Below are positions 14,001 through 28,312 of a DNA stretch of 64,000 nucleotides, piece after piece (the stretch's first letter is position 1; each line of letters starts with the position of its first letter). The DNA lies in NCBI GenBank assembly GCA_964016885.1, contig OZ024742.1, positions 373,488,001 to 373,552,000 of the forward strand, written 5' to 3'. The notes below the pieces were generated by a model, which was not told the DNA's origin, did not search any database, and saw nothing but the letters and a program-made list of their open reading frames with translations. A program made the position numbers and the translations under genes. This DNA is from Eledone cirrhosa (taxonomy: Eukaryota).

Positions 14001-17000
14001 TCACATACCTCTGATTGTCCCACAAGCCACATATTAGTCTGATAGTCCCACAAGTCACATACCTCTGATAGTCTTACAAGCCACATATTAGTATGATAGT
14101 CCCACAAGCCACATGCCTCTGATAGTCCCACAAGCCACATATTAGTCTGATAGTCCCACAAGTCACATACCTCTGATAGTCCCACAAGCCACATATTAGT
14201 CTGATAGTCCCACAAATCACATACCTTTGATAGTCCCACAAGCCACATATTAATCTGATAGTCCCACAAGCCACATACCTCTGATAGTCCCACAAGCCAC
14301 ATATTAGTCTGATAGTCCCACAAGCCACATACCTCTGATAGTCCCACAAGCCACATACCTCTGATAGTCCCACAAGCCACATACCTCTGATAGTCCCACA
14401 AGCCACATACCTCTGATAGTCCCACAAGTCACATACCTTTGGTAGTCCTACAAGCAACATATTAATCTGATAGGCCCACAAACCACATACCTCTGATAGT
14501 CCCACACGCAATTAATTAGTCTGATAGTCCCACAAGCCACATACTTCTGATAGTCCCACAAGCCACATATTAGTCTGATAGTCCCACAAGCCACATACCT
14601 CTGATAGTCTCACAAGCCACATATTAGTCTGATAGTCCCACAAGTCACATACCTCTTATAGTCCCACAAACCACATACTTCTGATAGTCCCACAAGCCAC
14701 ATACCTCTGATAGTCCCACAAGCCACATATTAGTCTGATAGTCCCACAAGCCACATACCTCTGATAGTCCCACAAGCCACATACCTCTGATAGTCCCACA
14801 AGCCACATATTAGTCTGATAGTCCCACAAGTCACATACCTCTGATAGTCCCACAAACCACATATTAGTCTGATAGTTCCACAAGCCACATACCTCTGATA
14901 GTCCCACAAGCCACATATTAGTCTGATAGTCCCACAGGTCATATATCTCTGATAGTCCCACAAGCGACATACCTCTGATAGTCCCACAAGCCACATACCT
15001 CTGATAGTCCCACAAGCCACATACCTCTGATAGTCTCACAAGCCACAAACCTCTGATAGTCCCACTAGCCACATACCTCTGATAGTCCCACAAGCTACAT
15101 ACCTCTCATAGTCCAACACGCCACATATTAGTTTGATAGTCCCACAAGCCACATACCTCTGATAGTCCCACAAACCACATACCTCTGATAGTCTCACAAG
15201 CCGCATATTAGTCTGATAGTCCCACAGGTCACATACCTCTGATAGTCCCACAAACCACATACCTCTGATAGTCCCACAAGCCACATATTAGTCTGATAGT
15301 CCCACAAGTCACATACCTCTGATAGTCCCATAAGCCACATATTAATCTGATAGTCCCACAAGCCACATACATCTGATAGTCCCACAAGCCACATACCTCT
15401 GATAGGCCCACAAACCACATATTAGTCTGATAGTTCCACAAGCCACATACCTCTGATAGTCCCACAAGCCAGATAATTGTCTGATAGACCCACAGGTCAC
15501 ATATCTCTGATAGTCCCACAAGCCACATACCTCTGATAGTCCCACAAGCCACATACCTCTGATAGTCCCACAAGCCACATACCTCTGATAGTCTCACAAG
15601 CCACATACCTCTGATAGTCCCACTAGCCACATACCTCTGACAGTCCCACAAGCTACATACCCCTCATAGTCCCACAAGCCACATACCTCTCATAGTCCAA
15701 CACGCCACATATTAGTTTGATAGTCCCACAAGCCACATACCTCTGATAGTCCCACAAGCCACATACCTCTGATAGTCCCACAAGCCACATACCTCTGATA
15801 GTCCCACAAGTCACATACCTTTGGTAGTCCTACAAGCAACATATTAATCTGATAGTCCCACAAACCACATATCTCTGATAGTCCCACACGCAACATATTA
15901 GTCTGATAGTCCCACAAGCCACATACTTCTGATAGTCCCACAAGCCACATATTAGTCTGATAGTCCCACAAGCCACATACCTCTGATAGTCTCACAAGCC
16001 ACATATTAGTCTGATAGTCCCACAAGTCACATACCTCTGATAGTCCCACAAGTCACATACCTCTTATAGTCCCACAAACCACATACTTCTGATAGTCCCA
16101 CAAGCCACATATTAGTCTGATAGTCCCACAAGCCACATACCTCTGATAGTCCCACAAGCCACATACCTCTGATAGTCCCACAAGCCACATATTAGTCTGA
16201 TAGTCCCACAAGTCACATACCTCTGATAGTCCCACAAACCACATATTAGTCTGATAGTTCCACAAGCGACATACCTCTGATAGTCCCACAAGCCACATAT
16301 TAGTCTGATAGTCCCACAGGTCACATATCTCTGATAGTCCCACAAGCGACATACCTCTGATAGTCCCACAAGCCACATACCTCTGATAGTCCCACAAGCC
16401 ACATACCTCTGATAGTCTCACAAGCCACATACCTCTGATAGTCCCACTAGCCACATACCTCTGATAGTCCCACAAGCTACATACCTCTCATAGTCCCACA
16501 AACCACATACCTCTCATAGTCCAACACGCCACATATTAGTTTGATAGTCCCACAAGCCACATACCTCTGATAGTCCCACAAACCACATACCTCTGATAGT
16601 CCCACAAGCCGCATATTAGTCTGATAGTCCCACAGGTCACATACCTCTGATAGTCCCACAGGTCACATATCTCTGATAGTCCCACAAGCGACATACCTCT
16701 GATAGTCCCACAAGCCACATACCTCTGATAGTCCCACAAGCCACATACCTCTGATAGTCTCACAAGCCACATACCTCTGATAGTCCCACTAGCCACATAC
16801 CTCTGATAGTCCCACAAGCTACATACCTCTCATAGTCCAACACGCCACATATTAGTTTGATAGTCCCACAAGCCACATACCTCTGATAGTCCCACAAACC
16901 ACATACCTCTGATAGTCCCACAAGCCGCATATTAGTCTGATAGTCCCACAGGTCACATACCTCTGATAGTCCCACAAACCACATACCTCTGATAGTCCCA

Positions 17001-17284
17001 CAAGCCACATATTAGTCTGATAGTCCCACAAGTCACATACCTCTGATAGTCCCATAAGCCACATATTAATCTGATAGTCCCACAAGCCACATACATCTGA
17101 TAGTCCCACAAGCCACATACCTCTGATAGTCCCACAAACCACATATTAGTCTGATAGTTCCACAAGCCACATACCTCTGATAGTCCCACAAGCCAGATAA
17201 TTGTCTGATAGTCCCACAGGTCACATATCTCTGATAGTCCCACAAGCCACATACCTCTGATAGTCCCACAAGCCACATACCTCT

Positions 17285-20200
17285 GATAGTCCCACAAGCC
17301 ACATACCTCTGATAGTCCCACAAGCCACATACCTCTGATAGTCCCACAAGCCACATACCTCTGATAGTCCCACAAGCCACATACCTCTGATAGTCCCACA
17401 AGTCACATACCTTTGGTAGTCCTACAAGCAACATATTAATCTGATAGTCCCACAAACCACATATCTCTGATAGTCCCACACGCAACATATTAGTCTGATA
17501 GTCCCACAAGCCACATACTTCTGATAGTCCCACAAGCCACATATTAGTCTGATAGTCCCACAAGCCACATACCTCTGATAGTCTCACAAGCCACATATTA
17601 GTCTGATAGTCCCACAAGTCACATACCTCTGATAGTCCCACAAGTCACATACCTCTTATAGTCCCACAAACCACATACTTCTGATAGTCCCACAAGCCAC
17701 ATATTAGTCTGATAGTCCCACAAGCCACATACCTCTGATAGTCCCACAAGCCACATACCTCTGATAGTCCCACAAGCCACATATTAGTCTGATAGTCCCA
17801 CAAGTCACATACCTCTGATAGTCCCACAAACCACATATTAGTCTGATAGTTCCACAAGCGACATATCTCTGATAGTCCCACAAGCCACATATTAGTCTGA
17901 TAGTCCCACAGGTCACATATCTCTGATAGTCCCACAAGCGACATACCTCTGATAGTCCCACAAGCCACATACCTCTGATAGTCCCACAAGCCACATACCT
18001 CTGATAGTCTCACAAGCCACATACCTCTGATAGTCCCACTAGCCACATACCTCTGATAGTCCCACAAGCTACATACCTCTCATAGTCCCACAAGCCACAT
18101 ACCTCTCATAGTCCAACACGCCACATATTAGTTTGATAGTCCCACAAGCCACATACCTCTGATAGTCCCACAAACCACATACCTCTGATAGTCCCACAAG
18201 CCGCATATTAGTCTGATAGTCCCACAGGTCACATACCTCTGATAGTCCCACATGTCACATATCTCTGATAGTCCCACAAGCGACATACCTCTGATAGTCC
18301 CACAAGCCACATACCTCTGATAGTCCCACAAGCCACATACCTCTGATAGTCTCACAAGCCACATACCTCTGATAGTCCCACTAGCCACATACCTCTGATA
18401 GTCCCACAAGCTACATACCTCTCATAGTCCAACACGCCACATATTAGTTTGATAGTCCCACAAGCCACATACCTCTGATAGTCCCACAAACCACATACCT
18501 CTGATAGTCCCACAAGCCGCATATTAGTCTGATAGTCCCACAGGTCACATACCTCTGATAGTCCCACAAACCACATACCTCTGATAGTCCCACAAGCCAC
18601 ATATTAGTCTGATAGTCCCACAAGTCACATACCTCTGATAGTCCCATAAGCCACATATTAATCTGATAGTCCCACAAGCCACATACATCTGATAGTCCCA
18701 CAAGCCACATACCTCTGATAGTCCCACAAACCACATGTTAGTCTGATAGTTCCACAAGCCACATACCTCTGATAGTCCCAGAAGCCAGATAATTGTCTGA
18801 TAGTCCCACAGGTCACATATCTCTGATAGTCCCACAAGCCACATACCTCTGATAGTCCCACAAGCCACATACCTCTGATAGTCCCACAAGCCACATACCT
18901 CTGATAGTCTCACAAGCCACATACCTCTGATAGTCCCACTAGCCACATACCTCTGACAGTCCCACAAGCTACATACCCCTCATAGTCCCACAAGCCGCAT
19001 ACCTCTCATAGTCCAACACGCCACATATTAGTTTGATAGTCCCACAAGCCACATACCTCTGATAGTCCCCCAAACCACATACCTCTGATAGTCCCACAAG
19101 CCACATATTAGTCTGATAGTCCCACAGGTCACATACTTCTGATAGTCCCACAAACCACATATCTCTGATAGTCCCACAAGCCACATATTAATCTGATAGT
19201 CCATCAAGCCACATACCTCTGATAGTCCCACAAGCCACATACCTCTGATAGTCCCACAAGTCACATACCTCTGATAGTCCCACAAGTCACATACCTCTGA
19301 TAGTCCCACAAGCCACATACCTCTGATAGTACCACAAGCCACATACCTCTGATTGTCCCACAAGCCACATACCTCTGATAGTCCCACAAGGCACATACCT
19401 CTGATAGTCCCACAAGCCACATATTAGTCTGATAGTCCCACAAGCCACATACCTCTGATAGTCCCACAAGCCACATATTAGTCTGATAGTCCCACAAGTC
19501 ACATACCTCTGATTGTCCCACAAGCCACATATTAGTCTGATAGTCCCACAAGTCACATACCTCTGATAGTCTTACAAGCCACATATTAGTATGATAGTCC
19601 CACAAGCCACATGCCTCTGATAGTCCCACAAGCCACATATTAGTCTGATAGTCCCACAAGTCACATACCTCTGATAGTCCCACAAGCCACATATTAGTCT
19701 GATAGTCCCACAAATCACATACCTTTGATAGTCCCACAAGCCACATATTAATCTGATAGTCCCACAAGCCACATACCTCTGATAGTCCCACAAGCCACAT
19801 ATTAGTCTGATAGTCCCACAAGCCACATACCTCTGATAGTCCCACAAGCCACATACCTCTGATAGTCCCACAAGCCACATACCTCTGATAGTCCCACAAG
19901 CCACATACCTCTGATAGTCCCACAAGTCACATACCTTTGGTAGTCCTACAAGCAACATATTAATCTGATAGGCCCACAAACCACATACCTCTGATAGTCC
20001 CACACGCAACATATTAGTCTGATAGTCCCACAAGCCACATACTTCTGATAGTCCCACAAGCCACATATTAGTCTGATAGTCCCACAAGCCACATACCTCT
20101 GATAGTCTCACAAGCCACATATTAGTCTGATAGTCCCACAAGTCACATACCTCTTATAGTCCCACAAACCACATACTTCTGATAGTCCCACAAGCCACAT

Positions 20201-23200
20201 ACCTCTGATAGTCCCACAAGCCACATATTAGTCTGATAGTCCCACAAGCCACATACCTCTGATAGTCCCACAAGCCACATACCTCTGATAGTCCCACAAG
20301 CCACATATTAGTCTGATAGTCCCACAAGTCACATACCTCTGATAGTCCCACAAACCACATATTAGTCTGATAGTTCCACAAGCCACATACCTCTGATAGT
20401 CCCACAAGCCACATATTAGTCTGATAGTCCCACAGGTCACATATCTCTGATAGTCCCACAAGCGACATACCTCTGATAGTCCCACAAGCCACATACCTCT
20501 GATAGTCCCACAAGCCACATACCTCTGATAGTCTCACAAGCCACATACCTCTGATAGTCCCACTAGCCACATACCTCTGATAGTCCCACAAGCTACATAC
20601 CTCTCATAGTCCAACACGCCACATATTAGTTTGATAGTCCCACAAGCCACATACCTCTGATAGTCCCACAAACCACATACCTCTGATAGTCTCACAAGCC
20701 GCATATTAGTCTGATAGTCCCACAGGTCACATACCTCTGATAGTCCCACAAACCACATACCTCTGATAGTCCCACAAGCCACATATTAGTCTGATAGTCC
20801 CACAAGTCACATACCTCTGATAGTCCCATAAGCCACATATTAATCTGATAGTCCCACAAGCCACATACATCTGATAGTCCCACAAGCCACATACCTCTGA
20901 TAGTCCCACAAACCACATATTAGTCTGATAGTTCCACAAGCCACATACCTCTGATAGTCCCACAAGCCAGATAATTGTCTGATAGTCCCACAGGTCACAT
21001 ATCTCTGATAGTCCCACAAGCCACATACCTCTGATAGTCCCACAAGCCACATACCTCTGATAGTCCCACAAGCCACATACCTCTGATAGTCTCACAAGCC
21101 ACATACCTCTGATAGTCCCACTAGCCACATACCTCTGACAGTCCCACAAGCTACATACCCCTCATAGTCCCACAAGCCACATACCTCTCATAGTCCAACA
21201 CGCCACATATTAGTTTGATAGTCCCACAAGCCACATACCTCTGATAGTCCCACAAACCACATACCTCTGATAGTCCCACAAGCCACATATTAGTCTGATA
21301 GTCCCACAGGTCACATACTTCTGATAGTCCCACAAACCACATATCTCTGATAGTCCCACAAGCCACATATTAATCTGATAGTCCATCAAGCCACATACCT
21401 CTGATAGTCCCACAAGCCACATACCTCTGATAGTCCCACAAGTCACATACCTCTGATAGTCCCACAAGTCACATACCTCTGATAGTCCCACAAGCCACAT
21501 ACCTCTGATAGTACCACAAGCCACATACCTCTGATTGTCCCACAAGCCACATACCTCTGATAGTCCCACAAGGCACATACCTCTGATAGTCCCACAAGCC
21601 ACATATTAGTCTGATAGTCCCACAAGCCACATACCTCTGATAGTCCCACAAGCCACATATTAGTCTGATAGTCCCACAAGTCACATACCTCTGATTGTCC
21701 CACAAGCCACATATTAGTCTGATAGTCCCACAAGTCACATACCTCTGATAGTCTTACAAGCCACATATTAGTATGATAGTCCCACAAGCCACATGCCTCT
21801 GATAGTCCCACAAGCCACATATTAGTCTGATAGTCCCACAAGTCACATACCTCTGATAGTCCCACAAGCCACATATTAGTCTGATAGTCCCACAAATCAC
21901 ATACCTTTGATAGTCCCACAAGCCACATATTAATCTGATAGTCCCACAAGCCTCATACCTCTGATAGTCCCACAAGCCACATATTAGTCTGATAGTCCCA
22001 CAAGCCACATACCTCTGATAGTCCCACAAGCCACATACCTCTGATAGTCCCACAAGCCACATACCTCTGATAGTCCCACAAGCCACATACCTCTGATAGT
22101 CCCACAAGTCACATACCTTTGGTAGTCCTACAAGCAACATATTAATCTGATAGTCCCACAAACCACATACCTCTGATAGTACCACAAGCCACATACCTCT
22201 GATTGTCCCACAAGCCACATACCTCTGATAGTACCACAAGCCACATACCTCTGATAGTCCCACAAGCCACATACCTCTGATAGTCCCACAAGTCACATAC
22301 CTCTGATAGTCCCACTAGCCACATACCTCTGATAGTCCCACAAGCTACATACCTCTAATAGTCCCACAAGCCACATACCTCTGATAGTCCCACAAGGCAC
22401 ATACCTCTGATAGTCCCACAAGCCACATATTAGTCTGATAGTCCCACAAGCCACATACCTCTGATAGTCCCACAAGCCACATATTAGTCTGATAGTCCCA
22501 CAAGTCACATACCTCTGATTGTCCCACAAGCCACATATTAGTCTGATAGTCCCACAAGTCACATACCTCTGATAATCTTACAAGCCACATATTAGTATGA
22601 TAGTCCCACAAGCCACATGCCTCTGATAGTCCCACAAGCCACATATTAGTCTGATAGTCCCACAAGTCACATACCTCTGATAGTCCCACAAGCCACATAT
22701 TAGTCTGATAGTCCCACAAATCACATACCTTTGATAGTCCCACAAGCCACATATTAATCTGATAGTCCCACAAGCCACATACCTCTGATAGTCCCACAAG
22801 CCACATATTAGTCTGATAGTCCCACAAGCCACATACCTCTGATAGTCCCACAAGCCACATACCTCTGATAGTCCCACAAGCCACATACCTCTGATAGTCC
22901 CACAAGCCACATACCTCTGATAGTCCCACAAGTCACATACCTTTGGTAGTCCTACAAGCAACATATTAATCTGATAGTCCCACAAACCACATATCTCTGA
23001 TAGTCCCACACGCAACATATTAGTCTGATAGTCCCACAAGCCACATACTTCTGATAGTCCCACAAGCCACATATTAGTCTGATAGTCCCACAAGCCACAT
23101 ACCTCTGATAGTCTCACAAGCCACATATTAGTCTGATAGTCCCACAAGTCACATACCTCTGATAGTCCCACAAGTCACATACCTCTTATAGTCCCACAAA

Positions 23201-26200
23201 CCACATACTTCTGATAGTCCCACAAGCCACATATTAGTCTGATAGTCCCACAAGCCACATAGCTCTGATAGTCCCACAAGCCACATACCTCTGATAGTCC
23301 CACAAGCCACATATTAGTCTGATAGTCCCACAAGTCACATACCTCTGATAGTCCCACAAACCACATATTAGTCTGATAGTTCCACAAGCGACATACCTCT
23401 GATAGTCCCACAAGCCACATATTAGTCTGATAGTCCCACAGGTCACATATCTCTGATAGTCCCACAAGCGACATACCTCTGATAGTCCCACAAGCCACAT
23501 ACCTCTGATAGTCCCACAAGCCACATACCTCTGATAGTCTCACAAGCCACATACCTCTGATAGTCCCACTAGCCACATACCTCTGATAGTCCCACAAGCT
23601 ACATACCTCTCATAGTCCCACAAGCCACATACCTCTCATAGTCCAACACGCCACATATTAGTTTGATAGTCCCACAAGCCACATACCTCTGATAGTCCCA
23701 CAAACCACATACCTCTGATAGTCCCACAAGCCGCATATTAGTCTGATAGTCCCACAGGTCACATACCTCTGATAGTCCCACAGGTCACATATCTCTGATA
23801 GTCCCACAAGCGACATACCTCTGATAGTCCCACAAGCCACATACCTCTGATAGTCCCACAAGCCACATACCTCTGATAGTCTCACAAGCCACATACCTCT
23901 GATAGTCCCACTAGCCACATACCTCTGATAGTCCCACAAGCTACATACCTCTCATAGTCCAACACGCCACATATTAGTTTGATAGTCCCACAAGCCACAT
24001 ACCTCTGATAGTCCCACAAACCACATACCTCTGATAGTCCCACAAGCCGCATATTAGTCTGATAGTCCCACAGGTCACATACCTCTGATAGTCCCACAAA
24101 CCACATACCTCTGATAGTCCCACAAGCCACATATTAGTCTGATAGTCCCACAAGTCACATACCTCTGATAGTCCCATAAGCCACATATTAATCTGATAGT
24201 CCCACAAGCCACATACATCTGATAGTCCCACAAGCCACATACCTCTGATAGTCCCACAAACCACATATTAGTCTGATAGTTCCACAAGCCACATACCTCT
24301 GATAGTCCCACAAGCCAGATAATTGTCTGATAGTCCCACAGGTCACATATCTCTGATAGTCCCACAAGCCACATACCTCTGATAGTCCCACAAGCCACAT
24401 ACCTCTGATAGTCCCACAAGCCACATACCTCTGATAGTCTCACAAGCCACATACCTCTGATAGTCCCACTAGCCACATACCTCTGACAGTCCCACAAGCT
24501 ACATACCCCTCATAGTCCCACAAGCCACATACCTCTCATAGTCCAACACGCCACATATTAGTTTGATAGTCCCACAAGCCACATACCTCTGATAGTCCCA
24601 CAAACCACATACCTCTGATAGTCCCACAAGCCACATATTAGTCTGATAGTCCCACAGGTCACATACTTCTGATAGTCCCACAAACCACATATCTCTGATA
24701 GTCCCACAAGCCACATATTAATCTGATAGTTCATCAAGCCACATACCTCTGATAGTCCCACAAGCCACATACCTCTGATAGTCCCACAAGTCACATACCT
24801 CTGATAGTCCCACAAGTCACATACCTCTGATAGTCCCACAAGCCACATACCTCTGATAGTACCACAAGCCACATACCTCTGATTGTCCCACAAGCCACAT
24901 ACCTCTGATAGTCCCACAAGGCACATACCTCTGATAGTCCCACAAGCCACATATTAGTCTGATAGTCCCACAAGCCACATACCTCTGATAGTCCCACAAG
25001 CCACATATTAGTCTGATAGTCCCACAAGTCACATACCTCTGATTGTCCCACAAGCCACATATTAGTCTGATAGTCCCACAAGTCACATACCTCTGATAGT
25101 CTTACAAGCCACATATTAGTATGATAGTCCCACAAGCCACATGCCTCTGATAGTCCCACAAGCCACATATTAGTCTGATAGTCCCACAAGTCACATACCT
25201 CTGATAGTCCCACAAGCCACATATTAGTCTGATAGTCCCACAAATCACATACCTTTGATAGTCCCACAAGCCACATATTAATCTGATAGTCCCACAAGCC
25301 ACATACCTCTGATAGTCCCACAAGCCACATATTAGTCTGATAGTCCCACAAGCCACATACCTCTGATAGTCCCACAAGCCACATACCTCTGATAGTCCCA
25401 CAAGCCACATACCTCTGATAGTCCCACAAGCCACATACCTCTGATAGTCCCACAAGTCACATACCTTTGGTAGTCCTACAAGCAACATATTAATCTGATA
25501 GGCCCACAAACCACATACCTCTGATAGTCCCACACGCAATTAATTAGTCTGATAGTCCCACAAGCCACATACTTCTGATAGTCCCACAAGCCACATATTA
25601 GTCTGATAGTCCCACAAGCCACATACCTCTGATAGTCTCACAAGCCACATATTAGTCTGATAGTCCCACAAGTCACATACCTCTTATAGTCCCACAAACC
25701 ACATACTTCTGATAGTCCCACAAGCCACATACCTCTGATAGTCCCACAAGCCACATATTAGTCTGATAGTCCCACAAGCCACATACCTCTGATAGTCCCA
25801 CAAGCCACATACCTCTGATAGTCCCACAAGCCACATATTAGTCTGATAGTCCCACAAGTCACATACCTCTGATAGTCCCACAAACCACATATTAGTCTGA
25901 TAGTTCCACAAGCCACATACCTCTGATAGTCCCACAAGCCACATATTAGTCTGATAGTCCCACAGGTCATATATCTCTGATAGTCCCACAAGCGACATAC
26001 CTCTGATAGTCCCACAAGCCACATACCTCTGATAGTCCCACAAGCCACATACCTCTGATAGTCTCACAAGCCACAAACCTCTGATAGTCCCACTAGCCAC
26101 ATACCTCTGATAGTCCCACAAGCTACATACCTCTCATAGTCCAACACGCCACATATTAGTTTGATAGTCCCACAAGCCACATACCTCTGATAGTCCCACA

Positions 26201-28312
26201 AACCACATACCTCTGATAGTCTCACAAGCCGCATATTAGTCTGATAGTCCCACAGGTCACATACCTCTGATAGTCCCACAAACCACATACCTCTGATAGT
26301 CCCACAAGCCACATATTAGTCTGATAGTCCCACAAGTCACATACCTCTGATAGTCCCATAAGCCACATATTAATCTGATAGTCCCACAAGCCACATACAT
26401 CTGATAGTCCCACAAGCCACATACCTCTGATAGGCCCACAAACCACATATTAGTCTGATAGTTCCACAAGCCACATACCTCTGATAGTCCCACAAGCCAG
26501 ATAATTGTCTGATAGACCCACAGGTCACATATCTCTGATAGTCCCACAAGCCACATACCTCTGATAGTCCCACAAGCCACATACCTCTGATAGTCCCACA
26601 AGCCACATACCTCTGATAGTCTCACAAGCCACATACCTCTGATAGTCCCACTAGCCACATACCTCTGACAGTCCCACAAGCTACATACCCCTCATAGTCC
26701 CACAAGCCACATACCTCTCATAGTCCAACACGCCACATATTAGTTTGATAGTCCCACAAGCCACATACCTCTGATAGTCCCACAAGCCACATACCTCTGA
26801 TAGTCCCACAAGCCACATACCTCTGATAGTCCCACAAGTCACATACCTTTGGTAGTCCTACAAGCAACATATTAATCTGATAGTCCCACAAACCACATAT
26901 CTCTGATAGTCCCACACGCAACATATTAGTCTGATAGTCCCACAAGCCACATACTTCTGATAGTCCCACAAGCCACATATTAGTCTGATAGTCCCACAAG
27001 CCACATACCTCTGATAGTCTCACAAGCCACATATTAGTCTGATAGTCCCACAAGTCACATACCTCTGATAGTCCCACAAGTCACATACCTCTTATAGTCC
27101 CACAAACCACATACTTCTGATAGTCCCACAAGCCACATATTAGTCTGATAGTCCCACAAGCCACATACCTCTGATAGTCCCACAAGCCACATACCTCTGA
27201 TAGTCCCACAAGCCACATATTAGTCTGATAGTCCCACAAGTCACATACCTCTGATAGTCCCACAAACCACATATTAGTCTGATAGTTCCACAAGCGACAT
27301 ACCTCTGATAGTCCCACAAGCCACATATTAGTCTGATAGTCCCACAGGTCACATATCTCTGATAGTCCCACAAGCGACATACCTCTGATAGTCCCACAAG
27401 CCACATACCTCTGATAGTCCCACAAGCCACATACCTCTGATAGTCTCACAAGCCACATACCTCTGATAGTCCCACTAGCCACATACCTCTGATAGTCCCA
27501 CAAGCTACATACCTCTCATAGTCCCACAAACCACATACCTCTCATAGTCCAACACGCCACATATTAGTTTGATAGTCCCACAAGCCACATACCTCTGATA
27601 GTCCCACAAACCACATACCTCTGATAGTCCCACAAGCCGCATATTAGTCTGATAGTCCCACAGGTCACATACCTCTGATAGTCCCACAGGTCACATATCT
27701 CTGATAGTCCCACAAGCGACATACCTCTGATAGTCCCACAAGCCACATACCTCTGATAGTCCCACAAGCCACATACCTCTGATAGTCTCACAAGCCACAT
27801 ACCTCTGATAGTCCCACTAGCCACATACCTCTGATAGTCCCACAAGCTACATACCTCTCATAGTCCAACACGCCACATATTAGTTTGATAGTCCCACAAG
27901 CCACATACCTCTGATAGTCCCACAAACCACATACCTCTGATAGTCCCACAAGCCGCATATTAGTCTGATAGTCCCACAGGTCACATACCTCTGATAGTCC
28001 CACAAACCACATACCTCTGATAGTCCCACAAGCCACATATTAGTCTGATAGTCCCACAAGTCACATACCTCTGATAGTCCCATAAGCCACATATTAATCT
28101 GATAGTCCCACAAGCCACATACATCTGATAGTCCCACAAGCCACATACCTCTGATAGTCCCACAAACCACATATTAGTCTGATAGTTCCACAAGCCACAT
28201 ACCTCTGATAGTCCCACAAGCCAGATAATTGTCTGATAGTCCCACAGGTCACATATCACTGATAGTCCCACAAGCCACATACCTCTGATAGTCCCACAAG
28301 CCACATACCTCT
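17285..28312 (+). repeat. 11,028-bp tandem segmental duplication, copy 2
   Basis: As for copy 1. I noticed only two differences: gatagttcatc near 24731 and atatcact near 28258. The boundary is ambiguous by about one monomer. Confidence 0.92.

Larger units (their letters stand above)
6257..17284 (+). repeat. 11,028-bp tandem segmental duplication, copy 1
   Basis: Markers and ORF coordinates recur at exactly +11028 (6387/17415, 8911/19939, 11917/22945, 15823/26851). Shared rare variants include cagaagccag, gtccccca, gcctcatac, gataatctt and gcaattaatt. Confidence 0.92.
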
